From positions 2,254 through 66,253 of the forward strand of contig JAWOJY010000003.1 in NCBI GenBank assembly GCA_033854515.1: 64,000 nucleotides of DNA. The letters are read 5' to 3'. The DNA comes from Nitrospirota bacterium. GTDB lineage: Bacteria > Nitrospirota > UBA9217. Made by a program: the position numbers and the translations under genes. The notes beneath the pieces are model-generated. The model was not told the DNA's origin and did not search any database. It worked only from the letters and a program-made list of their open reading frames with translations. Of this stretch, positions 20,296 to 29,477 are shown in pieces (the first letter of the stretch is position 1; each line of letters starts with the position of its first letter).

Positions 20296-20418
20296 GCAGA
20301 ATCTCCTGCTTTTTGTCACTATTATAGCCGCCCTCTTCATGACTTGTCAAACTTGTCAATACGCAGATCATGAAGCGGGCCGTCAATCGCGCCTTTTTGA
20401 CGAATTTTGGAAAATACG

Positions 20419-20610
20419 TCATGCGAGTTCAAATGCCACTGCCACGGCAAGCGACGACAGCAAAATCAGACCCGCGAGAAACACAAGGTCCGCTATCTTT
20501 TCATAAAGCTCTCCCCGCCGTCTCGCGCGCATCGAGGCGTATGACAGTATGCTTGCACAAAGGAAAATGAGTATCGTCACACCGTCCAGTTTGTCGATGA
20601 ACTTTATCAT
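20419..20610 (-). CDS. Small 2-TM membrane protein (63 aa)
   Basis: Good RBS GGAGAGGGG upstream of MIKFIDKL; two hydrophobic helices; sits between the PEP-utilizing enzyme gene and tatA. Confidence 0.4.
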   Translation of the reverse strand: MIKFIDKLDGVTILIFLCASILSYASMRARRRGELYEKIADLVFLAGLILLSSLAVAVAFELA

Positions 20611-20827
20611 GTCCCCCCCTCTCCACAACCTCTTGAGAGTAAGGATCAAAAAGCACAGGCCGAGGAGGTTCGATGATGTCGGCAGTATATGTTTCGATAT
20701 GTTTTTTTTATCATTGTTTGCAGGCATCGTTGATCTTCTCCATCTCAGCGACATTCTTGGCGCGGGCCGCCGGCTTGATGGGACCCCTGCACCGCTGTTG
20801 ACGTTTCAGCGTGCAATGAACAGCTCT

Positions 20828-23443
20828 TCACATCGAAAGATCGTACGATCCGGATAAAAAGTTCTTCACGTAGCGTTCAACTGCTCCGTCGTCATGCAGC
20901 ACGGCGTCGAGCTGCCGGGTATAGGCGATCAGCCTTCCGATCTGGTCGAGTATTTCGATCATCTCCTCGCGGCCGATCTGTGCGAGACGGGCGATGATGA
21001 GGTCGCCTTTTGACCTCAAATTGAACCCGTATTCCTTCAGCACCTCGGCGATGAAACGGATCCGCCGCGAGCGCTTCGTAATGTCCGTTGCTCCGCCGAC
21101 GAAACGGAAATAGATGTGGTTGTTTCTTCTGTTTTCACTGCAGTAGCAGTCGAGCATGTTGAAATGGTACCCGAACCGCAGGCTCATGTTCATGTAGTCT
21201 TTCGAGGCTACGGCAATGTTATATCCGACGAAGCTCTCGCCGTCGGAGACAATATCCGACATGCGCATCATGCTCGTCAGGAAGTCTCCAGCCTTGAGTG
21301 CGATCGCCTCCGAATGCCAGACGCCCTGATGCATCATGCCGGTAAGAACGGCCCTGAGCGGCACCGAGGAGACCTGTTCGAACCGCGCAGTGTCGTTACC
21401 GTCGTGCATATCGAGACCGCCTCCTATGTCGATCACTAAGATGCCGGTGGGAATGGGCAGATCGAGCTTCACGGTTTTACGGTTCTTGAACGCGCCGCTG
21501 CTTCGTGTACTCTCGACGAGTTCCGACACCGCCTTCTCGTGCATGAACCTTAAGATGTCGTGCATGGTCCTGCACTTTTCCAGAGAGAAGTCGTCGAGAA
21601 GCGGATCGACGAGATTGAGCAGCGAGATATAACGGAGGACGTACCGTTTTTTCCGATATTCGTAGAGGTCTTCGAGCCTCGAAAAATTCTGTCGCACGCT
21701 GTCGACGAGCCCCTTTATCCTTCCCCCGAAGACCCTGACCTTTCCCTCGTCCTCGACGGAGACCGTGACCTCCTGGCCCTGCTTCAGCACTTCCGTCGCG
21801 TTTTCTGCATTGACGATCGTCGGCACCCTGAACTCGCGGGAAAGGGACGCCATATGGCTCGTCGGCGCCCCGGTGTCCGTGATGATCGCCGACAGGGACG
21901 GCATGACCCTCACAAAATGAGGCGAATCGTGCTTTGCTACGAGAACGGCCCCCTTCGGTATGGTCTCCAGGTCTTCGAGACGCCGGAGGATGAAGACCCT
22001 GCCCACCCCGACGCCTTTCTGCACGATGACCCCCCGGTTTTCCAGAAGCACAGGGTACTTACCGTCGTCGGGTATCGCCTGGGGCGAAGAGATCGCCTCT
22101 TCTCCCGTAACCATCCTCAGCGGCCGGGCCTGGAGAACGTATATTCTGTTGTCCCTGCCGAGCGCCCATTCGATGTCCTGGGGTTTCCGGTAGTACCTTT
22201 CGATCACCACTGCCTGCCTCGACAATTCCCGTATCTGTTCGTCGGTAAGGCAGACGCGCTCCCTGAGGTCAACGGCCGTTTTCACCTCGCGGACACCGCC
22301 GGCGGGTGCGGTCTGCACCATGAGTTCCTTCGCGCCGCGCCGTATGTCGACGACCGCCGGTTCCGGGTCTTTCGTAACCGTGTAGAGGTCGGCATCGGTC
22401 CTGCCCTCGACAACGGACACGCCGAGTCCCCAGTTTGCGTTGATGAGCAGCCTGTCCCCGCCCTCGGGATCGGATGTATACGCCACACCGCTCGCTACGG
22501 CGTCGACCATAAGGACGCATCCCACGGCCATCGCCAGCGCGCCCGGCGTGTATCCCATCCGCTGTTGATACGCAAGCGCCTTGGGGGAAAAGAGGCTCGC
22601 GACTACTTTTTTGTACGCCGTAACCACATCATCTTTCGTACAGGCCACATTCAAAACGGTCTCAAACTGGCCTGCGAAGGAGTAGTCGCCGTCTTCTTCT
22701 TCCGCGCTGCTCCTGACGGCGAGCGAACACTCCCGGTGTCTATCCCGCATTCGCACGACGGCGGCCCCGATGGCCGCATCGAGTTCCGGAGGGACCTCAC
22801 CCGTGACGATCCGGTACTCAAGTGCACTACGCTCGGATTCAACGATTTCCCCGTCTTTTACAAGACGAGCGATCGCTTCCTCGAGTCCGTTGTACTTAAT
22901 GAATATGTCATAGGCGGCGGCGGAAACGGCGAAACCGTCGGGCACTGCGAGTTTTAATACCGATTTCATTTCTGCGAGATGGACGTTTTTGCCCCCCACG
23001 TCACGTGACCGTTCGGGTGTGATGTCCTCGAACGGCAGCACGAGGTCGGCCGGTGACGGCGTCTCTTCGATCATGCTCCTGATCCGGCCGTCGATGCGTG
23101 TGAACACGTCGTGGAGCGTCGGGTAGCGGTTTCCCGTAAGTACATCGAAGCTCTGGATGGAATTGGCGATGTGCGTGAACAAATCGGCGTAGGCGCTCCG
23201 CACATAGACCCTGTCAAAGAGATATTCGCCCCCGAGCTTTTCCCCGATGTCTGTGATGATCTCGAGCGCACGGTTGTTGCTGTCGAGCACTTCCCTGAAA
23301 CGGCGGAAAACGAGCGCAAAGTCCCTCTGTGCTCTGAAAAACCGCTGAAGCAGCGGCCTGCGCAAGACCCAGGCGGCGGCCGATTTGAGCAGCCCCGCTC
23401 CGTGCGCGAAGAATGCAGGTGCATGTTTCTTGACTGCGTTCAT
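20828..23443 (-). CDS. PEP-utilizing enzyme: pyruvate, water dikinase (PpsA)-like, with unusual N- and C-terminal extensions
   Basis: The PPDK_N / ATP-grasp PEP-pyruvate-binding region includes VGGKNVHLAEMKSVLKLAVPDGFAVSAAAYD. The PEP-utilizers mobile domain has a phospho-His in IITDTGAPTSHMASLSREFRVPTIV. No canonical C-terminal TIM-barrel PEP-binding motif was recognised. Confidence 0.7.
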   Translation of the reverse strand: MNAVKKHAPAFFAHGAGLLKSAAAWVLRRPLLQRFFRAQRDFALVFRRFREVLDSNNRALEIITDIGEKLGGEYLFDRVYVRSAYADLFTHIANSIQSFDVLTGNRYPTLHDVFTRIDGRIRSMIEETPSPADLVLPFEDITPERSRDVGGKNVHLAEMKSVLKLAVPDGFAVSAAAYDIFIKYNGLEEAIARLVKDGEIVESERSALEYRIVTGEVPPELDAAIGAAVVRMRDRHRECSLAVRSSAEEEDGDYSFAGQFETVLNVACTKDDVVTAYKKVVASLFSPKALAYQQRMGYTPGALAMAVGCVLMVDAVASGVAYTSDPEGGDRLLINANWGLGVSVVEGRTDADLYTVTKDPEPAVVDIRRGAKELMVQTAPAGGVREVKTAVDLRERVCLTDEQIRELSRQAVVIERYYRKPQDIEWALGRDNRIYVLQARPLRMVTGEEAISSPQAIPDDGKYPVLLENRGVIVQKGVGVGRVFILRRLEDLETIPKGAVLVAKHDSPHFVRVMPSLSAIITDTGAPTSHMASLSREFRVPTIVNAENATEVLKQGQEVTVSVEDEGKVRVFGGRIKGLVDSVRQNFSRLEDLYEYRKKRYVLRYISLLNLVDPLLDDFSLEKCRTMHDILRFMHEKAVSELVESTRSSGAFKNRKTVKLDLPIPTGILVIDIGGGLDMHDGNDTARFEQVSSVPLRAVLTGMMHQGVWHSEAIALKAGDFLTSMMRMSDIVSDGESFVGYNIAVASKDYMNMSLRFGYHFNMLDCYCSENRRNNHIYFRFVGGATDITKRSRRIRFIAEVLKEYGFNLRSKGDLIIARLAQIGREEMIEILDQIGRLIAYTRQLDAVLHDDGAVERYVKNFLSGSYDLSM

Positions 23444-23450
23444 AGATACT

Positions 23451-23816
23451 TTAAGCGGCCAGGGCCCGCTTGATGGATTCCTTGAGCTCCTTTATTTTTA
23501 CGGGCTTCGGGAAGAAATCGTGCACGTCCCCCCGCAGCGCCTCAATGGCCGCGTCGAGGTTGGCGAAGGCCGTGATCATGATGACCTTCGTCTGGGGATA
23601 CAGCTTTTTCACGGTCCTCAGGACCTCCATCCCGTCGATTCCCTTCATTTTGTAATCGGTAATGACTACGTCGAACTTCTCCTGTTTAAGCCGCGCCAGG
23701 GCGGGTTCCGCGTTCAGGAACGTCTCCACGGCATACCCTTCCTGCTCGAGCGACATCTTCGCCATGTCTCCCACGATCTTTTCGTCGTCAATTACCATGA
23801 TTCTGTAGTTGTTCAT
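23451..23816 (-). CDS. Single-domain response regulator (CheY-like receiver)
   Basis: MVIDDE, phospho-acceptor Asp in DVVITDYKMKGIDG, VIMITA, FFPKP; 121 aa; overlaps the upstream kinase by 29 nt. Confidence 0.85.
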   Translation of the reverse strand: MNNYRIMVIDDEKIVGDMAKMSLEQEGYAVETFLNAEPALARLKQEKFDVVITDYKMKGIDGMEVLRTVKKLYPQTKVIMITAFANLDAAIEALRGDVHDFFPKPVKIKELKESIKRALAA

Positions 23817-25221
23817 CTGCTCTCTCCTCTTTCTTGTAAATAGGGAATTCTATGGTAAACGTCGTGCCGACGCCGACCTTGCTCTCGACCCTGATATCGC
23901 CTTTGTGGTTCTTGATGATGCCGTAGCTCACGGATAGGCCGAGGCCGGTCCCCCCATCGCCTTTCGTGCTGAAAAAGGGGTCGAAGATATGGGGCAGGTA
24001 TTCGGGCGGAATGCCCTTGCCTGTGTCCATGACGGTCAACTCAACGGAGCTGCCGTTTTGCCCCCGCCGTGAACCTATGTAGAGACTGCCGCGGGACGAC
24101 ATGGCCTGGACGGCGTTGGTGATCAGATTTACCAGTACTTGCTGTATCTGGTGCTCGTCGATGTACACGTGTGGCAGTTTTTGAGCCAGATTCAACTTCG
24201 TATCTATATTGGACACGTCGAGCATGTTCTGAACGAGGCCCATGGTCTTGTAAATCACGGCATTGATGTCGGCCTCTTTCAGGTTCGCGTCCTTGGGTCT
24301 CGAAAAATCAAGGAGGTTTTTCACGATCTTCCGTATCCGCTCCGTCTCGCCTTCCACCTTGTTCATGAACTCTACCCGCTGATCGGCGCTCAGGTTTTCA
24401 TACAGCTCAGCGTACGTCTGGGCGATCATCGATATGTTGTTCAGAGGGTTCGTCAGTTCATGTGCCACGCCGGCCGTCAGGATGCCGAGGGAGGCGAGTT
24501 TCTTCGACTGGATGAGTTCATCCTCGCGGTGGCTCAGTTCTTCGGACATGGAATTGAGCGCTTGAATCACCGCTCCCATTTCGTCCTGAGGGACGTCCCC
24601 CTCGATCTTGTGAAAATTTCCTTCGGAGATGGATTTCGTAAGCCGCTCTATTTTTCTGAGAGACCGTATTATCTTCTGCGATATGAAATGGCTCGCCGCG
24701 ATCACCAAAAGGAGCACGGCGACAAAAGAGACGAGCATGACGTTCTTCGACGTTGCAATGATATCGTTGACCCGCCTCCTCTCGAGCTGCGTGATGGCAT
24801 CGGAAAATTCCTTCAGTTTCTTGCCCGCAGTCCTGAGGTCGGCCGCCAATTCCGCATTCCCGGGATCGCCCCTTCTGATCTCTTCTACGATGTCAGAATA
24901 CTTCGTCAGGTATGTTTTCAGCTGATCCAGATCGGTCTTTCCGATTGCACGGACGATGTCGCCGCTCACGGCATCGATCGACTGCATAGTCTTGTCTATT
25001 TTTTCCCTTATATCAAGGAGAGCGGTCTTGTCATGATAAAGAAAATAGTTCTTTTCCGAGAGCCTCAGCTCGAGGAATGAGGCGTTCAAGTCGTCCGCGA
25101 TTTCCACGAACCTGAGCTTTGTAAGAACGAGGTTCATGTTCTGATAGGCGAAAAGCCCTATCAGAATGATCAACGCCAGATTAAAGACGTTGGAGAATAT
25201 GATCTTATTTTCTATTTTCAT
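23788..25221 (-). CDS. Sensor histidine kinase (TM, sensor, TM, HAMP, HisKA, HATPase_c)
   Basis: H-box [13 protein letters not shown]; N, G1 and G2 boxes ([22 protein letters not shown]); N-terminal sensor module with the EKNYFLY motif. Confidence 0.85.
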   Translation of the reverse strand: MKIENKIIFSNVFNLALIILIGLFAYQNMNLVLTKLRFVEIADDLNASFLELRLSEKNYFLYHDKTALLDIREKIDKTMQSIDAVSGDIVRAIGKTDLDQLKTYLTKYSDIVEEIRRGDPGNAELAADLRTAGKKLKEFSDAITQLERRRVNDIIATSKNVMLVSFVAVLLLVIAASHFISQKIIRSLRKIERLTKSISEGNFHKIEGDVPQDEMGAVIQALNSMSEELSHREDELIQSKKLASLGILTAGVAHELTNPLNNISMIAQTYAELYENLSADQRVEFMNKVEGETERIRKIVKNLLDFSRPKDANLKEADINAVIYKTMGLVQNMLDVSNIDTKLNLAQKLPHVYIDEHQIQQVLVNLITNAVQAMSSRGSLYIGSRRGQNGSSVELTVMDTGKGIPPEYLPHIFDPFFSTKGDGGTGLGLSVSYGIIKNHKGDIRVESKVGVGTTFTIEFPIYKKEERADEQLQNHGN

Positions 25222-25456
25222 ACTTCAGATATTATACTCTATTCCTGCGTTTTTGTGCTACCGTTCTCCGCCAGGACGCCGTTCCGCAATACGCTTCCCC
25301 GGCGTATCTGTGTTTTGCCGTTTTTCCCGCCCGCAGAGAGCAAAGAGAAATTCCCGAGGAGGAAGGACCTGGAGGAGTTGGCTAGGAAATCCTGAGAGCC
25401 GGCGTCCGGGTTATGCCGTTCGGACCCTTGTGCCCGTCGGCGTGCCGGCCTGAGGG

Positions 25457-25939
25457 TCAAAAATGCATGGTATCCATAATTGATACATCAATGTCATATC
25501 CGAATTCATGCATTGCCCTCATCACGAATTGGCGGATATCTCTGATGTCCGCCGATTCCTCGAAAAATATCTTCCGGGTTCCCTTTTCGGTTTTGACAAG
25601 AAAATTGTATCTTCCCCGAAAAACGCCTATCAAAAGCCACAGGCCTATTCCGACCATGGCCCAAAGGACAATAGGCGCCAAGGGAATTCTGATGGTAAAG
25701 GATTTTATCTGAACCGGGAAGACTCCGCCTTCGGCCATGATGAAAGCGGCAATAATCAGAACCAGTCCGGTGACGATCAGACCAAAACCCGCGAGAAACT
25801 GCAGAAAGGGGTGTCGTGATTTCGGGTCATAGGACAACGCGATTTTCCGGATCTCACCCTTCGGGACGGTCACCGTGATCATGTTCCCTTCGATCTGGCT
25901 GATGCCTGATCCCGAAATCTGTACCGTCGAGCATCTCAT
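25457..25939 (-). CDS. Hypothetical membrane protein (2 TM)
   Basis: ORF with two strong hydrophobic helices; may start at the internal ATG 25882, which has AAGGG upstream. Confidence 0.4.
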   Translation of the reverse strand: MRCSTVQISGSGISQIEGNMITVTVPKGEIRKIALSYDPKSRHPFLQFLAGFGLIVTGLVLIIAAFIMAEGGVFPVQIKSFTIRIPLAPIVLWAMVGIGLWLLIGVFRGRYNFLVKTEKGTRKIFFEESADIRDIRQFVMRAMHEFGYDIDVSIMDTMHF

Positions 25940-26256
25940 TAATTGGTATGCTGCAACTCCGTAGATAAAGAACGGTTCTTATAGATCGACCCCGGTGATC
26001 GGAAGGGCCCGCGAGAGCCTGAAGTCGGGGTTTTTTAAAATCACCATCGACACCGTTGAGCAAAAGTCCTTCGCGCCGGGTAAGAGCCCGGCGAGATGCC
26101 GTTCATTTCCGCGAAACGCATCCCGAAAATATGAGCAGGAATCGGGGAGCTGTCGGTAAAATCACCTGTCCGACTCACACCCGGAGATGACGGACTTTGG
26201 AGAAAACCCGCCCCCGGCTTAGCCAGGAGCGGGTTTGGAGAGTTCTTTCAATGATG

Positions 26257-27774
26257 TTAGATGCCTTCGAATTCCTTTGCTGCTTCGGCGGCCGCGGCGT
26301 CCACTTTCTTATGCTCCTTTTTGGCGGTAGAAAGGAACGCGGCGATTACATTCAACAGCATGAGCACACCGATCACCACGATGAAGCCCCGCATGAATGC
26401 ATGGTCTTTTACATCAATCGGGATACCGTTGTTGCGGAAGATGTGCTGTACGTTGGCATAGCCGCTGTCGGCCAGGTATTTATGCTCCAGCTTGGTGAAG
26501 ATCAACCCTGATATATCGACGCCGAAAATGAGGCCGAGGGACCTCATCATATTCAATACGCCGCCGGCGAGCCCCAGTTTTTCCTTGGGAGCGGCGCCCA
26601 TGATCGCGCTGTTGTTCGGCGGCGTGAACAGGCCCATGCCCACGCCCAGAAGGATCAATTCACCGACAAGGAGCGACAGATGCGTATGTACACCCAGGAA
26701 CAAGAGGGCAAAACAGGCGATCGCGGACACCAGCATGCCGCTCGTTGTCATGATCCTTGATCCGTATTTATCGGAAATATGCCCGGCAAAGGGCGCGACG
26801 AGCGCCATGGCAAGCGGAATCGGAGTAAGCAGGCTGCCGGTGAGCGCGGGGCTGTAATTGAGCACCTTTTCGAGATAGAAAGGCATCAGGAACAGGACCG
26901 CGAACAGGACGTAATAGGACATCATGCCCGTCAGGTTGCCGATCAGGAACGTGCTGTTCTTGAAAAGCTTGAGATCGATCAGCGGATGCTCGACTCTCAG
27001 TTCCGTGAGGACGAACAGGCTGAGCAGAATACAGGCGTGTATGAAATAGACCATGATGGTGTACGAACCCCATCCCAGGTTCACGACCTCGTTGAACGTC
27101 AGCACGAGGAAGGCAAGGCCCGAAGCGAAGAATATGGTGCCCAGGTAATCAATCGTTTCTTTTTTATCGGTCTTCTGGTTGGGCGGAAGAATATACAGAG
27201 CGGCAAGCGTGCCGAGTATGCCGATGGGGATATTGACGTAGAATACGGCCCGCCAGCCGATTGTGGCTATCAAGACGCCTCCTACAAAAGGCCCCACTGC
27301 CATGGCAATCGCCTGAACGGCGCCCTGAATGCCGATTGCCTTGCCCCGTTCATTCCCCGGGAAGGCCTGCGTGATCAGGGCGACTGAGTTCGCCTGCAGA
27401 AGGCCCGCTCCGACTGCCTGAAGCACACGGGCTGCAATGAGCATGAACGCGGATGTCGACATACCGCAAAACAGCGACCCTACGGTAAATACGACGAAAC
27501 CCGCATTGTACAGCTTCGACCTGCCGAACATGTCGGCGAGTCTTCCGAAGAAGGGAAGAAAAATGGTCAGCGTGAGCATATACGCCATAGCCACCCATTC
27601 GATGACGGACATCGACGTGTTGAACTCGGTCTTCAAAGTCGGCATGGCCACGTTCACGATGCTCACGTCCAAGGCCGACATGGTCGCGCCGATAAGAACG
27701 TTGATCAGGATAAACCACTTCCAGGTTGGCCTGGCGGAAAAGAACGGATGGGGAAACTGTAAGAACTTTTTCAT
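26257..27774 (-). CDS. MFS transporter, DHA2 (EmrB/QacA, 14-TMS) family
   Basis: 14 predicted TM helices and MFS motifs (GRLADMFGRSKL, the D-R/K-x-G-R motif A). Start set at the ATG with the AGAGGAGA RBS. Confidence 0.8.
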   Translation of the reverse strand: MKKFLQFPHPFFSARPTWKWFILINVLIGATMSALDVSIVNVAMPTLKTEFNTSMSVIEWVAMAYMLTLTIFLPFFGRLADMFGRSKLYNAGFVVFTVGSLFCGMSTSAFMLIAARVLQAVGAGLLQANSVALITQAFPGNERGKAIGIQGAVQAIAMAVGPFVGGVLIATIGWRAVFYVNIPIGILGTLAALYILPPNQKTDKKETIDYLGTIFFASGLAFLVLTFNEVVNLGWGSYTIMVYFIHACILLSLFVLTELRVEHPLIDLKLFKNSTFLIGNLTGMMSYYVLFAVLFLMPFYLEKVLNYSPALTGSLLTPIPLAMALVAPFAGHISDKYGSRIMTTSGMLVSAIACFALLFLGVHTHLSLLVGELILLGVGMGLFTPPNNSAIMGAAPKEKLGLAGGVLNMMRSLGLIFGVDISGLIFTKLEHKYLADSGYANVQHIFRNNGIPIDVKDHAFMRGFIVVIGVLMLLNVIAAFLSTAKKEHKKVDAAAAEAAKEFEGI

Positions 27775-27833
27775 GATATTGGCATCTCCTCTCATAGACA
27801 TAATATAAACCCGTCAAAGAAACAACTCAAGTG

Positions 27834-28181
27834 TCATATTTCGCCGCCATGCGAGATGCCTGGCGCACGGGCGAAACTTCGGTAGACGCTTTTGGGCTTG
27901 GGAATCCTGTTCATCCGCGGGACCGTAACGATCCCCGGCTTGAACCGGGATAAGACGTCGGGAGCCGGGCAATGGCCCGAATCCACGGCCGGGCCGGAAT
28001 ACTCCCCCAGGGCGACCGCGCCGCCGGGGTGGAACGAGCCGATGGCAACAGGGCGTTTCTTCGCCGCAGGCATGGCAGACGCCGGTTCGGAGCCGACGAG
28101 CTGGAGCAGGCTGAAGAGCAACATGAACAGCAGCGTGCCGAAGAAACGCGCATTACTGACCAGCAGTCTGGCATGTCTCAT
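27834..28181 (-). CDS. Possible small secreted Pro/Gly-rich protein
   Basis: Hydrophobic N-terminal segment ending AxA (SEPASA); weak translation signals; lies in a GC-rich region with a long antisense ORF, so it may not be real. Confidence 0.3.
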   Translation of the reverse strand: MRHARLLVSNARFFGTLLFMLLFSLLQLVGSEPASAMPAAKKRPVAIGSFHPGGAVALGEYSGPAVDSGHCPAPDVLSRFKPGIVTVPRMNRIPKPKSVYRSFARAPGISHGGEI

Positions 28182-28235
28182 ATAATGGATGAGGAAGTGG
28201 ATATGAATATGCATAAGTGTTTCCGCCTGTGCCGG

Positions 28236-29477
28236 TCACTCCGGATAGGCTATTCCCCTCGGGACCTCAGCCTGTTCCTTTCTTACCGGCCAGTACCAGA
28301 GGGCTCCGTCTATAAGCAGCAGAATGCCCGCAGCAATAAGCCAGAGGTTGAACGACGTAAGGAGACCAAAACCGAAATAGCTGATAATACCGATACCGAT
28401 GCTGAGGAACGACATGCCTGTGCGGATGAAAGCCAGCCCGGTCCGGGCACGGGCATAGATGGTGCGGTAACAGCCTGCGATCGTCCGCTGGGCCGCCAGG
28501 ACGTTCCGCTCGCGGGCGAACATGGTGCGCGTCTTGCTCGAAGGCGTGGGATTAAGATAGGTGCTGTGGTCTGCGAGGAAGTCGCCCATCCGCGCAAGCA
28601 TCGTCCCCTGGGACTCCCGCTTGATTCCCGTGTTCTCGATAAAATGATAATTTTCCAGGAACTGGATCGTGGCCGCGGACACCTCGACGAGGGTTTGATG
28701 CCCGGGCGGCGTCATCCTCGATTTCCGCACATTCAGGTATACCGGCAGGCCGTAAAAGGAAATCACGATCCCGATGATGAGCACGGAAAAATAGAGGACG
28801 GGATCGTACGCGATGTTCTTTGATTTGAGCAGGGCGTTGGAGAGCGCGATAGTGCCGAGGCCCCACCGCAGAAAGGCGAGGCCGGTCCTCGCTTTCGCCA
28901 TGTCCGTCCGGTAACAGGCCATCCGCGTCCGCCAGTGCGCCATCGTATTGCGCCAGAAGGCGAGGCCCGTGCGCTCGGTGCCGATCAAAAGGCCTACCCG
29001 TGCATGGAGAAAGTCCTGGATAAACCACTGGATGTCCGAATCGAGCGAGACCCGGAATTCGTATTGGTCCGCCCTGACATGTTTCTTCACGTCTTCCCGC
29101 ATCGCGGCGCTTTCCGGATTTCTCGCGGCGATGACGACTGTGCCCGATTTGTCCTTCATGACCGGCATCCACTGGTACGTTGAGAGCGAGTCAGGGCTGA
29201 GACCGGCAAGAAGCTCGGGCGGGATCGGCAAGCGTTCGTCGTATTCAATGGAGAGACAGTTGTAATATTTCGCAAGCGCCACGAGCAGGTCCTGCTTGGC
29301 TACTTTGTACTCGTCCAGCAGGACTTTTTCGAGATTGACGCCCCGCGCCTGTGCTCTGCTTGCCGCTTCTTCGAGATCAGCCTGGCTCAGCAGCCCCCGT
29401 TCGACCAGAAGGGAGAATTCCGAGCCGGCCCCAACCGCATTTTCGGCGAGATCGCCGTTCATCAGTTCATTTTTCAT
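28236..29477 (-). CDS. Membrane protein: N-terminal GspE/MshE-N-like (T2SSE_N) domain fused to two DUF202-like heptad-repeat/TM modules
   Basis: The N-terminus LLVERGLLSQADLEEAASRAQARGVNLEKVLLDEYKVAKQDLLVALAKYY resembles T2SSE_N/MshEN. Two blocks of R-T-x-x-A-x-x heptads (ERTGLAFWRNTMAHWRTRMACYRTDMAKARTGLAFLRWG and RERNVLAAQRTIAGCYRTIYARARTGLAFIRTG) are each followed by a TM helix. Confidence 0.6.
   Translation of the reverse strand: MKNELMNGDLAENAVGAGSEFSLLVERGLLSQADLEEAASRAQARGVNLEKVLLDEYKVAKQDLLVALAKYYNCLSIEYDERLPIPPELLAGLSPDSLSTYQWMPVMKDKSGTVVIAARNPESAAMREDVKKHVRADQYEFRVSLDSDIQWFIQDFLHARVGLLIGTERTGLAFWRNTMAHWRTRMACYRTDMAKARTGLAFLRWGLGTIALSNALLKSKNIAYDPVLYFSVLIIGIVISFYGLPVYLNVRKSRMTPPGHQTLVEVSAATIQFLENYHFIENTGIKRESQGTMLARMGDFLADHSTYLNPTPSSKTRTMFARERNVLAAQRTIAGCYRTIYARARTGLAFIRTGMSFLSIGIGIISYFGFGLLTSFNLWLIAAGILLLIDGALWYWPVRKEQAEVPRGIAYPE

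Noticed and set aside
21560-22957. 465-aa plus-strand ORF
   Set aside because: Antisense to the PEP-utilizing enzyme gene; Arg/His/Asp-rich shadow frame.
27972-28823. 283-aa plus-strand ORF
   Set aside because: It lies antisense to the well-supported MshEN-DUF202 gene and the small upstream gene, and has the Arg/Gly/Asp-rich composition of a high-GC shadow frame.
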